From the human T2T-CHM13v2.0 reference genome, Homo sapiens: DNA of 64,000 bases. A program made the translations under genes and the position numbers. How positions within the stretch are numbered: position 1 is the first letter of the stretch; each line of letters opens with the position of its first letter. Shown here in pieces: positions 52,246-64,000 of this stretch. The notes below the pieces were generated by a model that saw only the letters and a program-made list of their open reading frames with translations, did not search any database and had not been told where the DNA came from. The stretch lies in NCBI RefSeq assembly GCF_009914755.1, contig NC_060942.1. One strand, given 5' to 3'.

Positions 52246-55200
52246 TAGTTTCTGATGTGTGTCCTCAACTAACACAGTTGAACATTTCTTTAGACAGAAC
52301 AGTTTTGAAACACTCTTTTTGTGGAATCTGCAAGTGGCTATTTGGCTAGATTTGAGGATTTCGTTGGAAACGGGATTACATATAAAAAGCAGTCAGCAGC
52401 ATTCTCAGAAAGTTCTTTGTGATGATTGCATTCAAGTCACAGAATTGAACATTCCCTTTCACAGAGCAGGTTTGAAACACTCTTTTTGTAGTGTGTGTAA
52501 GTGGACATTTGGAGCACTTACCGGCCTAAGGTGAAAAAGGAAATATCTTCCCATAAAAACTAGACAGAAGCATTCTCAGAAACTTACTCGTGATGTGTGT
52601 CCTCAACTAAAGGAGTAGAACCTTTCTTTTCATAGAGAAGTTTTGAAACGCTCTTTTTGTGGAATCTGCAAGTGGATATTTGGCTAGTTTTGAGGATTTC
52701 GTTGGAAGCGGGAATTCATACAAATTGCAGACTGCAGCGTTCTGAGAAACATCTTTGTGATGTTTGTATTCAGGACACAGAGTTGAACATTCCCTATCAT
52801 AGAGCAGGTTTGAATCACTCCTTTTGTAGTATCTGGAAGTGGACATTTGGAGCGTTTTCAGGCCTATGTTGGAAAAGGAAATATCTTCCCATAACAACTA
52901 GACAGAAGCATTCTCAGAAACTTATTTGAGATGTGTGTACTCAACTAAGAGAATTGAACCACCGTTTTGAAGGAGCAGTTTTGAAACTCTCTTTTTCTGG
53001 AATCTGCAAGTGGATATTTGGCTAGCTTTGGGGATTTCGCTGGAAGCGGGAATACATATAAAAAGCACACAGCAGCGTTCTGAGAAACTGCTTTCTGATG
53101 TTTGCATTCAAGTCAAAAGTTGAACACTCCCTTTCATAGAGCAGTCTTGAAACACCCCTTTTGTAGTATCTGGAACTGGACTTTTGGAGCGATTTCAGGG
53201 CTAAGGTGAAAAAGGAAATATCTTCCCATAAAAACTGGACAGAAGCATTCTCAGAAACTTGTTTATGCTGTATCTACTCAACTAACAAAGTTGAACCTTT
53301 CTTTTGATAGAGCAGTTTTGAAATGGTCTTTTTGTGGAATCTGCAAGTGGATATTTGGCTAGTTTTGAGGATTTCGTTGGAAGCGGGAATTCATACAAAT
53401 TGCAGACTGCAGCGTTCTGAGAAACATCTTTGTGATGTTTGTATTCAGGACACAGAGTTGAACATTCCCTATCATAGAGCAGGTTGGAATCACTCCTTTT
53501 GTAGTATCTGGAAGTGGACATTTGGAGCGCTTTCAGGCCTATTTTGGAAAGGGAAATATCTTCCCGTAACAACTATGCAGAAGCATTCTCAGAAACTTGT
53601 TTGTGATGTGTGCCCTCTACTGACAGAGTTGAACCTTTCTTTTCATAGAGCAGTTTTGAAACACTCTTTTTGTAGAATCTGCAAGAGGATATTTGCATAG
53701 CTTTGAGGATTTCGTGGGAAACGGGATTGTCTTCAGGTAAAATCTAGACAGAAGCATTCTCAGAAACTTCTTTGGGATGTTTGCATTCAAGTCACAGAGT
53801 AGAACATTCCCTTTGGTAGAGCAGGTTTGAAACACTCTTTTTGTAGTATCTGGAAGTGGACATTTGGAGCGCTTTCAGGCCCATGTTGGAAAGGGAAATA
53901 TCTTCCCGTAACAACTAGGCAGAAGCATTCTCAGAAACTTATTTGAGATGTGTGTACTCAACTAAGAGAATTGAACCACCGTTTTGAAGGAGCAGTTTTG
54001 AAACACTCTTTTTCTGGAATCTGCAAGAGTATATTTGCCTAGCCTTGAGGATTTCGTTGGAAACGGGATTGTCTTCAGAGAAAATCTAGACAGAAGCATT
54101 CTCAGAAACTTCTTTGGGATGTTTGCATTCAAGTCACAGAGTAGAACATTCCCTTTGGTAGAGCAGGTTTGAAACACTCTTTTTTTAGTATATGGAAGTG
54201 GACATTTGGAGCGCTTTCAGGCCTACGTTGGAAAAGGAAATATCTTCCCATAACAACTAGACAGAAGCATTCTCAGAAACTAGTTTCTGATGTGTGTCCT
54301 CAACTAACACAGTTGAACATTTCTTTAGACAGAACAGTTTTGAAACACTCTTTTTGTGGAATCTGCAAGTGGCTATTTGGCTAGATTTGAGGATTTCGTT
54401 GGAAACGGGATTACATATAAAAAGCAGTCAGCGGCATTCTCAGAAAGTTCTTTGTGATGATTGCATTCAAGTCACAGAATTGAACATTCCCTTTCACAGA
54501 GCAGGTTTGAAACACTCTTTTTGTAGTGTGTGTAAGTGGACATTTGGAGCACTTACCGGCCTAAGGTGAAAAAGGAAATATCTTCCCATAAAAACTAGAC
54601 AGAAGCATTCTCAGAAACTTACTCGTGATGTGTGTCCTCAACTAAAGGAGTAGAACCTTTCTTTTCATAGAGAAGTTTTGAAACGCTCTTTTTGTGGAAT
54701 CTGCAAGTGGATATTTGGCTAGTTTTGAGGATTTCGTTGGAAGCGGGAATTCATACAAATTGCAGACTGCAGCGTTCTGAGAAACATCTTTGTGATGTTT
54801 GTATTCAGGACACAGAGTTGAACATTCCCTATCATAGAGCAGGTTTGAATCACTCCTTTTGTAGTATCTGGAAGTGGACATTTGGAGCGCTTTCAGGCCT
54901 ATGTTGGAAAAGGAAATATCTTCCCATAACAACTAGACAGAAGCATTCTCAGAAACTTATTTGAGATGTGTGTACTCAACTAAGAGAATTGAACCACCGT
55001 TTTGAAGGAGCAGTTTTGAAACTCTCTTTTTCTGGAATCTGCAAGTGGATATTTGGCTAGCTTTGGGGATTTCGCTGGAAGCGGGAATACATATAAAAAG
55101 CACACAGCAGCGTTCTGAGAAACTGCTTTCTGATGTTTGCATTCAAGTCAAAAGTTGAACACTCCCTTTCATAGAGCAGTCTTGAAACACCCCTTTTGTA

Positions 55201-58200
55201 GTATCTGGAACTGGACTTTTGGAGCGATTTCAGGGCTAAGGTGAAAAAGGAAATATCTTCCCATAAAAACTGGACAGAAGCATTCTCAGAAACTTGTTTA
55301 TGCTGTATCTACTCAACTAACAAAGTTGAACCTTTCTTTTGATAGAGCAGTTTTGAAATGGTCTTTTTGTGGAATCTGCAAGTGGATATTTGGCTAGTTT
55401 TAAGGATTTCGTTGGAAGCGGGAATTCATACAAATTGCAGACTGCAGCGTTCTGAGAAACATCTTTGTGATGTTTGTATTCAGGACACAGAGTTGAACAT
55501 TCCCTATCATAGAGCAGGTTGGAATCACTCCTTTTGTAGTATCTGGAAGTGGACATTTGGAGCGCTTTCAGGCCTATTTTGGAAAGGGAAATATCTTCCC
55601 GTAACAACTATGCAGAAGCATTCTCAGAAACTTGTTTGTGATGTGTGCCCTCTACTGACAGAGTTGAACCTTTCTTTTCATAGAGCAGTTTTGAAACACT
55701 CTTTTTGTAGAATCTGCAAGAGGATATTTGCATAGCTTTGAGGATTTCGTGGGAAACGGGATTGTCTTCAGGTAAAATCTAGACAGAAGCATTCTCAGAA
55801 ACTTCTTTGGGATGTTTGCATTCAAGTCACAGAGTAGAACATTCCCTTTGGTAGAGCAGGTTTGAAACACTCTTTTTGTAGTATCTGGAAGTGGACATTT
55901 GGAGCGCTTTCAGGCCCATGTTGGAAAGGGAAATATCTTCCCGTAACAACTAGGCAGAAGCATTCTCAGAAACTTATTTGAGATGTGTGTACTCAACTAA
56001 GAGAATTGAACCACCGTTTTGAAGGAGCAGTTTTGAAACACTCTTTTTCTGGAATCTGCAAGAGTATATTTGCCTAGCCTTGAGGATTTCGTTGGAAACG
56101 GGATTGTCTTCAGAGAAAATCTAGACAGAAGCATTCTCAGAAACCTCTTTGGGATGTTTGCATTCAAGTCACAGAGTAGAACATTCCCTTTGGTAGAGCA
56201 GGTTTGAAACACTCTTTTTTTAGTATATGGAAGTGGATATTTTGATCGTTTTCAGGCCTACGTTGGAAAAGGAAATATCTTCCCATAACAACTAGACAGA
56301 AGCATTCTCAGAAACTAGTTTCTGATGTGTGTCCTCAACTAACACAGTTGAACATTTCTTTAGACAGAACAGTTTTGAAACACTCTTTTTGTGGAATCTG
56401 CAAGTGGCTATTTGGCTAGATTTGAGGATTTCGTTGGAAACGGGATTACATATAAAAAGCAGTCAGCAGCATTCTCAGAAAGTTCTTTGTGATGATTGCA
56501 TTCAAGTCACAGAATTGAACATTCCCTTTCACAGAGCAGGTTTGAAACACTCTTTTTGTAGTGTGTGTAAGTGGACATTTGGAGCACTTACCGGCCTAAG
56601 GTGAAAAAGGAAATATCTTCCCATAAAAACTAGACAGAAGCATTCTCAGAAACTTACTCGTGATGTGTGTCCTCAACTAAAGGAGTAGAACCTTTCTTTT
56701 CATAGAGAAGTTTTGAAACGCTCTTTTTGTGGAATCTGCAAGTGGATATTTGGCTAGTTTTGAGGATTTCGTTGGAAGCGGGAATTCATACAAATTGCAG
56801 ACTGCAGCGTTCTGAGAAACATCTTTGTGATGTTTGTATTCAGGACACAGAGTTGAACATTCCCTATCATAGAGCAGGTTTGAATCACTCCTTTTGTAGT
56901 ATCTGGAAGTGGACATTTGGAGTGCTTTCAGGCCTATGTTGGAAAACGAAATATCTTCCCATAACAACTAGACAGAAGCATTCTCAGAAACTTATTTGAG
57001 ATGTGTGTACTCAACTAAGAGAATTGAACCACCGTTTTGAAGGAGCAGTTTTGAAACACTCTTTTTCTGGAATCTGCAAGTGGATATTTGGCTAGCTTTG
57101 GGGATTTCGCTGGAAGCGGGAATACATATAAAAAGCACACAGCAGCGTTCTGAGAAACTGCTTTCTGATGTTTGCATTCAAGTCAAAAGTTGAACACTCC
57201 CTTTCATAGAGCAGTCTTGAAACACCCCTTTTGTAGTATCTGGAACTGGACTTTTGGAGCGATTTCAGGGCTAAGGTGAAAAAGGAAATATCTTCCCATA
57301 AAAACTGGACAAAAGCATTCTCAGAAACTTGTTTATGCTGTATCTACTCAACTAACAAAGTTGAACCTTTCTTTTGATAGAGCAGTTTTGAAATGGTCTT
57401 TTTGTGGAATCTGCAAGTGGATATTTGGCTAGTTTTGAGGATTTCGTTGGAAGCGGGAATTCATACAAATTGCAGACTGCAGCGTTCTGAGAAACATCTT
57501 TGTGATGTTTGTATTCAGGACACAGAGTTGAACATTCCCTATCATAGAGCAGGTTGGAATCACTCCTTTTGTAGTATCTGGAAGTGGACATTTGGAGCGC
57601 TTTCAGGCCTATTTTGGAAAGGGAAATATCTTCCCGTAACAACTATGCAGAAGCATTCTCAGAAACTTGTTTGTGATGTGTGCCCTCTACTGACAGAGTT
57701 GAACCTTTCTTTTCATAGAGCAGTTTTGAAACACTCTTTTTGTAGAATCTGCAAGAGGATATTTGCATAGCTTTGAGGATTTCGTGGGAAACGGGATTGT
57801 CTTCAGGTAAAATCTAGACAGAAGCATTCTCAGAAACTTCTTTGGGATGTTTGCATTCAAGTCACAGAGTAGAACATTCCCTTTGGTAGAGCAGGTTTGA
57901 AACACTCTTTTTGTAGTATCTGGAAGTGGACATTTGGAGCGCTTTCAGGCCCATGTTGGAAAGGGAAATATCTTCCCGTAACAACTAGGCAGAAGCATTC
58001 TCAGAAACTTATTTGAGATGTGTGTACTCAACTAAGAGAATTGAACCACCGTTTTGAAGGAGCAGTTTTGAAACACTCTTTTTCTGGAATCTGCAAGAGT
58101 ATATTTGCCTAGCCTTGAGGATTTCGTTGGAAACGGGATTGTCTTCAGAGAAAATCTAGACAGAAGCATTCTCAGAAACCTCTTTGGGATGTTTGCATTC

Positions 58201-61200
58201 AAGTCACAGAGTAGAACATTCCCTTTGGTAGAGCAGGTTTGAAACACTCTTTTTTTAGTATATGGAAGTGGACATTTGGAGCGCTTTCAGGCCTACGTTG
58301 GAAAAGGAAATATCTTCCCATAACAACTAGACAGAAGCATTCTCAGAAACTAGTTTCTGATGTGTGTCCTCAACTAACACAGTTGAACTTTTCTTTAGAC
58401 AGAACAGTTTTGAAACACTCTTTTTGTGGAATCTGCAAGTGGCTATTTGGCTAGATTTGAGGATTTCGTTGGAAACGGGATTACATATAAAAAGCAGACA
58501 GCAGCATTCTCAGAAAGTTCTTTGTGATGATTGCATTCAAGTCACAGAATTGAACATTCCCTTTCACAGAGCAGGTTTGAAACACTCTTTTTGTAGTGTG
58601 TGTAAGTGGACATTTGGAGCACTTACCGGCCTAAGGTGAAAAAGGAAATATCTTCCCATAAAAACTAGACAGAAGCATTCTCAGAAACTTACTCGTGATG
58701 TGTGTCCTCAACTAAAGGAGTAGAACCTTTCTTTTCATAGAGAAGTTTTGAAACGCTCTTTTTGTGGAATCTGCAAGTGGATATTTGGCTAGTTTTGAGG
58801 ATTTCGTTGGAAGCGGGAATTCATACAAATTGCAGACTGCAGCGTTCTGAGAAACATCTTTGTGATGTTTGTATTCAGGACACAGAGTTGAACATTCCCT
58901 ATCATAGAGCAGGTTTGAATCACTCCTTTTGTAGTATCTGGAAGTGGACATTTGGAGCGCTTTCAGGCCTATGTTGGAAAAGGAAATATCTTCCCATAAC
59001 AACTAGACAGAAGCATTCTCAGAAACTTATTTGAGATGTGTGTACTCAACTAAGAGAATTGAACCACCGTTTTGAAGGAGCAGTTTTGAAACTCTCTTTT
59101 TCTGGAATCTGCAAGTGGATATTTGGCTAGCTTTGGGGATTTCGCTGGAAGCGGGAATACATATAAAAAGCACACAGCAGCGTTCTGAGAAACTGCTTTC
59201 TGATGTTTGCATTCAAGTCAAAAGTTGAACACTCCCTTTCATAGAGCAGTCTTGAAACACCCCTTTTGTAGTATCTGGAACTGGACTTTTGGAGCGATTT
59301 CAGGGCTAAGGTGAAAAAGGAAATATCTTCCCATAAAAACTGGACAGAAGCATTCTCAGAAACTTGTTTATGCTGTATCTACTCAACTAACAAAGTTGAA
59401 CCTTTCTTTTGATAGAGCAGTTTTGAAATGGTCTTTTTGTGGAATCTGCAAGTGGATATTTGGCTAGTTTTGAGGATTTCGTTGGAAGCGGGAATTCATA
59501 CAAATTGCAGACTGCAGCGTTCTGAGAAACATCTTTGTGATGTTTGTATTCAGGACACAGAGTTGAACATTCCCTATCATAGAGCAGGTTGGAATCACTC
59601 CTTTTGTAGTATCTGGAAGTGGACATTTGGAGCGCTTTCAGGCCTATTTTGGAAAGGGAAATATCTTCCCGTAACAACTATGCAGAAGCATTCTCAGAAA
59701 CTTGTTTGTGATGTGTGCCCTCTACTGACAGAGTTGAACCTTTCTTTTCATAGAGCAGTTTTGAAACACTCTTTTTGTAGAATCTGCAAGAGGATATTTG
59801 CATAGCTTTGAGGATTTCGTGGGAAACGGGATTGTCTTCAGGTAAAATCTAGACAGAAGCATTCTCAGAAACTTCTTTGGGATGTTTGCATTCAAGTCAC
59901 AGAGTAGAACATTCCCTTTGGTAGAGCAGGTTTGAAACACTCTTTTTGTAGTATCTGGAAGTGGACATTTGGAGCGCTTTCAGGCCCATGTTGGAAAGGG
60001 AAATATCTTCCCGTAACAACTAGGCAGAAGCATTCTCAGAAACTTATTTGAGATGTGTGTACTCAACTAAGAGAATTGAACCACCGTTTTGAAGGAGCAG
60101 TTTTGAAACACTCTTTTTCTGGAATCTGCAAGAGTATATTTGCCTAGCCTTGAGGATTTCGTTGGAAACGGGATTGTCTTCAGAGAAAATCTAGACAGAA
60201 GCATTCTCAGAAACTTCTTTGGGATGTTTGCATTCAAGTCACAGAGTAGAACATTCCCTTTGGTAGAGCAGGTTTGAAACACTCTTTTTGTAGTATCTGG
60301 AAGTGGACATTTGGAGCGCTTTCAGGCCTACGTTGGAAAAGGAAATATCTTCCCATAACAACTAGACAGAAGCATTCTCAGAAACTAGTTTCTGATGTGT
60401 GTCCTCAACTAACACAGTTGAACATTTCTTTAGACAGAACAGTTTTGAAACACTCTTTTTGTGGAATCTGCAAGTGGCTATTTGGCTAGATTTGAGGATT
60501 TCGTTGGAAACGGGATTACATATAAAAAGCAGTCAGCAGCATTCTCAGAAAGTTCTTTGTGATGATTGCATTCAAGTCACAGAATTGAACATTCCCTTTC
60601 ACAGAGCAGGTTTGAAACACTCTTTTTGTAGTGTGTGTAAGTGGACATTTGGAGCACTTACCGGCCTAAGGTGAAAAAGGAAATATCTTCCCATAAAAAC
60701 TAGACAGAAGCATTCTCAGAAACTTACTCGTGATGTGTGTCCTCAACTAAAGGAGTAGAACCTTTCTTTTCATAGAGAAGTTTTGAAACGCTCTTTTTGT
60801 GGAATCTGCAAGTGGATATTTGGCTAGTTTTGAGGATTTCGTTGGAAGCGGGAATTCATACAAATTGCAGACTGCAGCGTTCTGAGAAACATCTTTGTGA
60901 TGTTTGTATTCAGGACACAGAGTTGAACATTCCCTATCATAGAGCAGGTTTGAATCACTCCTTTTGTAGTATCTGGAAGTGGACATTTGGAGTGCTTTCA
61001 GGCCTATGTTGGAAAAGGAAATATCTTCCCATAACAACTAGACAGAAGCATTCTCAGAAACTTATTTGAGATGTGTGTACTCAACTAAGAGAATTGAACC
61101 ACCGTTTTGAAGGAGCAGTTTTGAAACACTCTTTTTCTGGAATCTGCAAGTGGATATTTGGCTAGCTTTGGGGATTTCGCTGGAAGCGGGAATACATATA

Positions 61201-64000
61201 AAAAGCACACAGCAGCGTTCTGAGAAACTGCTTTCTGATGTTTGCATTCAAGTCAAAAGTTGAACACTCCCTTTCATAGAGCAGTCTTGAAACACCCCTT
61301 TTGTAGTATCTGGAACTGGACTTTTGGAGCGATTTCAGGGCTAAGGTGAAAAAGGAAATATCTTCCCATAAAAACTGGACAGAAGCATTCTCAGAAACTT
61401 GTTTATGCTGTATCTACTCAACTAACAAAGTTGAACCTTTCTTTTGATAGAGCAGTTTTGAAATGGTCTTTTTGTGGAATCTGCAAGTGGATATTTGGCT
61501 AGTTTTGAGGATTTCGTTGGAAGCGGGAATTCATACAAATTGCAGACTGCAGCGTTCTGAGAAACATCTTTGTGATGTTTGTATTCAGGACACAGAGTTG
61601 AACATTCCCTATCATAGAGCAGGTTGGAATCACTCCTTTTGTAGTATCTGGAAGTGGACATTTGGAGCGCTTTCAGGCCTATTTTGGAAAGGGAAATATC
61701 TTCCCGTAACAACTATGCAGAAGCATTCTCAGAAACTTGTTTGTGATGTGTGCCCTCTACTGACAGAGTTGAACCTTTCTTTTCATAGAGCAGTTTTGAA
61801 ACACTCTTTTTGTAGAATCTGCAAGAGGATATTTGCATAGCTTTGAGGATTTCGTGGGAAACGGGATTGTCTTCAGGTAAAATCTAGACAGAAGCATTCT
61901 CAGAAACTTCTTTGGGATGTTTGCATTCAAGTCACAGAGTAGAACATTCCCTTTGGTAGAGCAGGTTTGAAACACTCTTTTTGTAGTATCTGGAAGTGGA
62001 CATTTGGAGCGCTTTCAGGCCCATGTTGGAAAGGGAAATATCTTCCCGTAACAACTAGGCAGAAGCATTCTCAGAAACTTATTTGAGATGTGTGTACTCA
62101 ACTAAGAGAATTGAACCACCGTTTTGAAGGAGCAGTTTTGAAACACTCTTTTTCTGGAATCTGCAAGAGTATATTTGCCTAGCCTTGAGGATTTCGTTGG
62201 AAACGGGATTGTCTTCAGAGAAAATCTAGACAGAAGCATTCTCAGAAACCTCTTTGGGATGTTTGCATTCAAGTCACAGAGTAGAACATTCCCTTTGGTA
62301 GAGCAGGTTTGAAACACTCTTTTTTTAGTATATGGAAGTGGACATTTGGAGCGCTTTCAGGCCTACGTTGGAAAAGGAAATATCTTCCCATAACAACTAG
62401 ACAGAAGCATTCTCAGAAACTAGTTTCTGATGTGTGTCCTCAACTAACACAGTTGAACTTTTCTTTAGACAGAACAGTTTTGAAACACTCTTTTTGTGGA
62501 ATCTGCAAGTGGCTATTTGGCTAGATTTGAGGATTTCGTTGGAAACGGGATTACATATAAAAAGCAGACAGCAGCATTCTCAGAAAGTTCTTTGTGATGA
62601 TTGCATTCAAGTCACAGAATTGAACATTCCCTTTCACAGAGCAGGTTTGAAACACTCTTTTTGTAGTGTGTGTAAGTGGACATTTGGAGCACTTACCGGC
62701 CTAAGGTGAAAAAGGAAATATCTTCCCATAAAAACTAGACAGAAGCATTCTCAGAAACTTACTCGTGATGTGTGTCCTCAACTAAAGGAGTAGAACCTTT
62801 CTTTTCATAGAGAAGTTTTGAAACGCTCTTTTTGTGTAATCTGCAAGTGGATATTTGGCTAGTTTTGAGGATTTCGTTGGAAGCGGGAATTCATACAAAT
62901 TGCAGACTGCAGCGTTCTGAGAAACATCTTTGTGATGTTTGTATTCAGGACACAGAGTTGAACATTCCCTATCATAGAGCAGGTTGGAATCACTCCTTTT
63001 GTAGTATCTGGAAGTGGACATTTGGAGTGCTTTCAGGCCTATGTTGGAAAAGGAAATATCTTCCCATAACAACTAGACAGAAGCATTCTCAGAAACTTAT
63101 TTGAGATGTGTGTACTCAACTAAGAGAATTGAACCACCGTTTTGAAGGAGCAGTTTTGAAACACTCTTTTTCTGGAATCTGCAAGTGGATATTTGGCTAG
63201 CTTTGGGGATTTCGCTGGAAGCGGGAATACATATAAAAAGCACACAGCAGCGTTCTGAGAAACTGCTTTCTGATGTTTGCATTCAAGTCAAAAGTTGAAC
63301 ACTCCCTTTCATAGAGCAGTCTTGAAACACCCCTTTTGTAGTATCTGGAACTGGACTTTTGGAGCGATTTCAGGGCTAAGGTGAAAAAGGAAATATCTTC
63401 CCATAAAAACTGGACAGAAGCATTCTCAGAAACTTGGTTATGCTGTATCTACTCAACTAACAAAGTTGAACCTTTCTTTTGATAGAGCAGTTTTGAAATG
63501 GTCTTTTTGTGGAATCTGCAAGTGGATATTTGGCTAGTTTTGAGGATTTCGTTGGAAGCGGGAATTCATACAAATTGCAGACTGCAGCGTTCTGAGAAAC
63601 ATCTTTGTGATGTTTGTATTCAGGACACAGAGTTGAACATTCCCTATCATAGAGCAGGTTGGAATCACTCCTTTTGTAGTATCTGGAAGTGGACATTTGG
63701 AGCGCTTTCAGGCCTATTTTGGAAAGGGAAATATCTTCCCGTAACAACTATGCAGAAGCATTCTCAGAAACTTGTTTGTGATGTGTGCCCTCTACTGACA
63801 GAGTTGAACCTTTCTTTTCATAGAGCAGTTTTGAAACACTCTTTTTGTAGAATCTGCAAGAGGATATTTGCATAGCTTTGAGGATTTCGTGGGAAACGGG
63901 ATTGTCTTCAGGTAAAATCTAGACAGAAGCATTCTCAGAAACTTCTTTGGGATGTTTGCATTCAAGTCACAGAGTAGAACATTCCCTTTGGTAGAGCAGG
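52246..64000 (+). repeat. Five 12-mer HORs plus a 1580-bp partial unit cut by the window edge
   Basis: Unit starts 52246, 54281, 56316, 58351, 60386, 62421. Confidence 0.96.

Larger units (their letters stand above)
23129..54184 (+). repeat. Tandem duplication of a 14,930-bp multi-HOR block (two copies)
   Basis: The order 12-8-8-8-12-12-16-12 is repeated, and more than ten rare SNVs are shared at exactly +14930. Flanking mismatches at 23128/38058 and 39255/54185 bound the alignment. Confidence 0.93.
1..64000 (+). repeat. D18Z1: Alpha-satellite higher-order repeat array, dimeric suprachromosomal family 2, probably the active chromosome 18 centromeric array
   Basis: Seen: uninterrupted tandem ~171-bp monomers with alphoid hallmarks (cattctcagaaact, ttttgaaacactctttttg, ggaaatatcttccc), a CENP-B box in every second monomer, and a 2035-bp period shown by ORFs recurring at +2035. 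EcoRI sites at 467 and 1142 give 675- and 1360-bp fragments. Recalled knowledge: D18Z1 is an SF2 12-mer with ~0.68 and ~1.36 kb EcoRI fragments. Alpha-satellite identity is essentially certain; the chromosome assignment is less so. Confidence 0.88.

Noticed and set aside
14-63875. About 200 short ORFs (61-125 aa) on both strands
   Set aside because: They recur with the satellite period, overlap in several frames, are mutually homologous through the monomer repeat, mostly begin at GTG/TTG, and one is broken by a stop in five units. No domain is recognisable; they are chance alphoid translations.
1-64000. CRISPR-like or other repeat-spacer array
   Set aside because: The sequence between conserved motifs is itself homologous repeat rather than unique spacer, the period is ~171 bp, and there are no cas genes.
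1-64000. L1/Alu insertion, inversion or non-satellite island
   Set aside because: Unit lengths account exactly for the window (24x2035 + 6x1360 + 2x2710 + 1580 = 64000) and orientation is constant.
1-64000. Centromeric non-coding RNA gene or kinetochore site call
   Set aside because: Alpha-satellite transcription and CENP-A position are epigenetically determined and cannot be located from sequence alone.

Overview
The whole 64 kb window is primate, most likely human, centromeric alpha-satellite DNA on one strand, with no genes, transposon insertions, inversions or unique sequence. It is a very homogeneous higher-order repeat (HOR) array of alternating CENP-B-box and pJ-alpha-type monomers (167-171 bp). 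The main unit is a 2035-bp 12-mer; its size, dimeric structure and 675/1360-bp EcoRI spacing fit the live chromosome 18 array D18Z1 (SF2), an assignment from recall rather than a database search. With units phased at position 1, the order is 13x12-mer, 3x8-mer (1360 bp), 2x12-mer, 16-mer (2710 bp), 2x12-mer, 3x8-mer, 2x12-mer, 16-mer, 5x12-mer and a partial unit. The interesting signal is evolutionary: a 14,930-bp (88-monomer) tandem super-duplication, 8-mer and 16-mer variants that are mirror-image products of exchange in one 216-bp internal identity block, recurrent switching at one paralogous site, and a nested cluster of GC-to-AT variants in monomer 12 whose identical twin in monomer 10 is invariant. 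All ORFs in the track are repeat artefacts. I see no support for a new protein- or RNA-based system. SNV calls come from reading by eye with the ORF track as a cross-check, so some may be missed.
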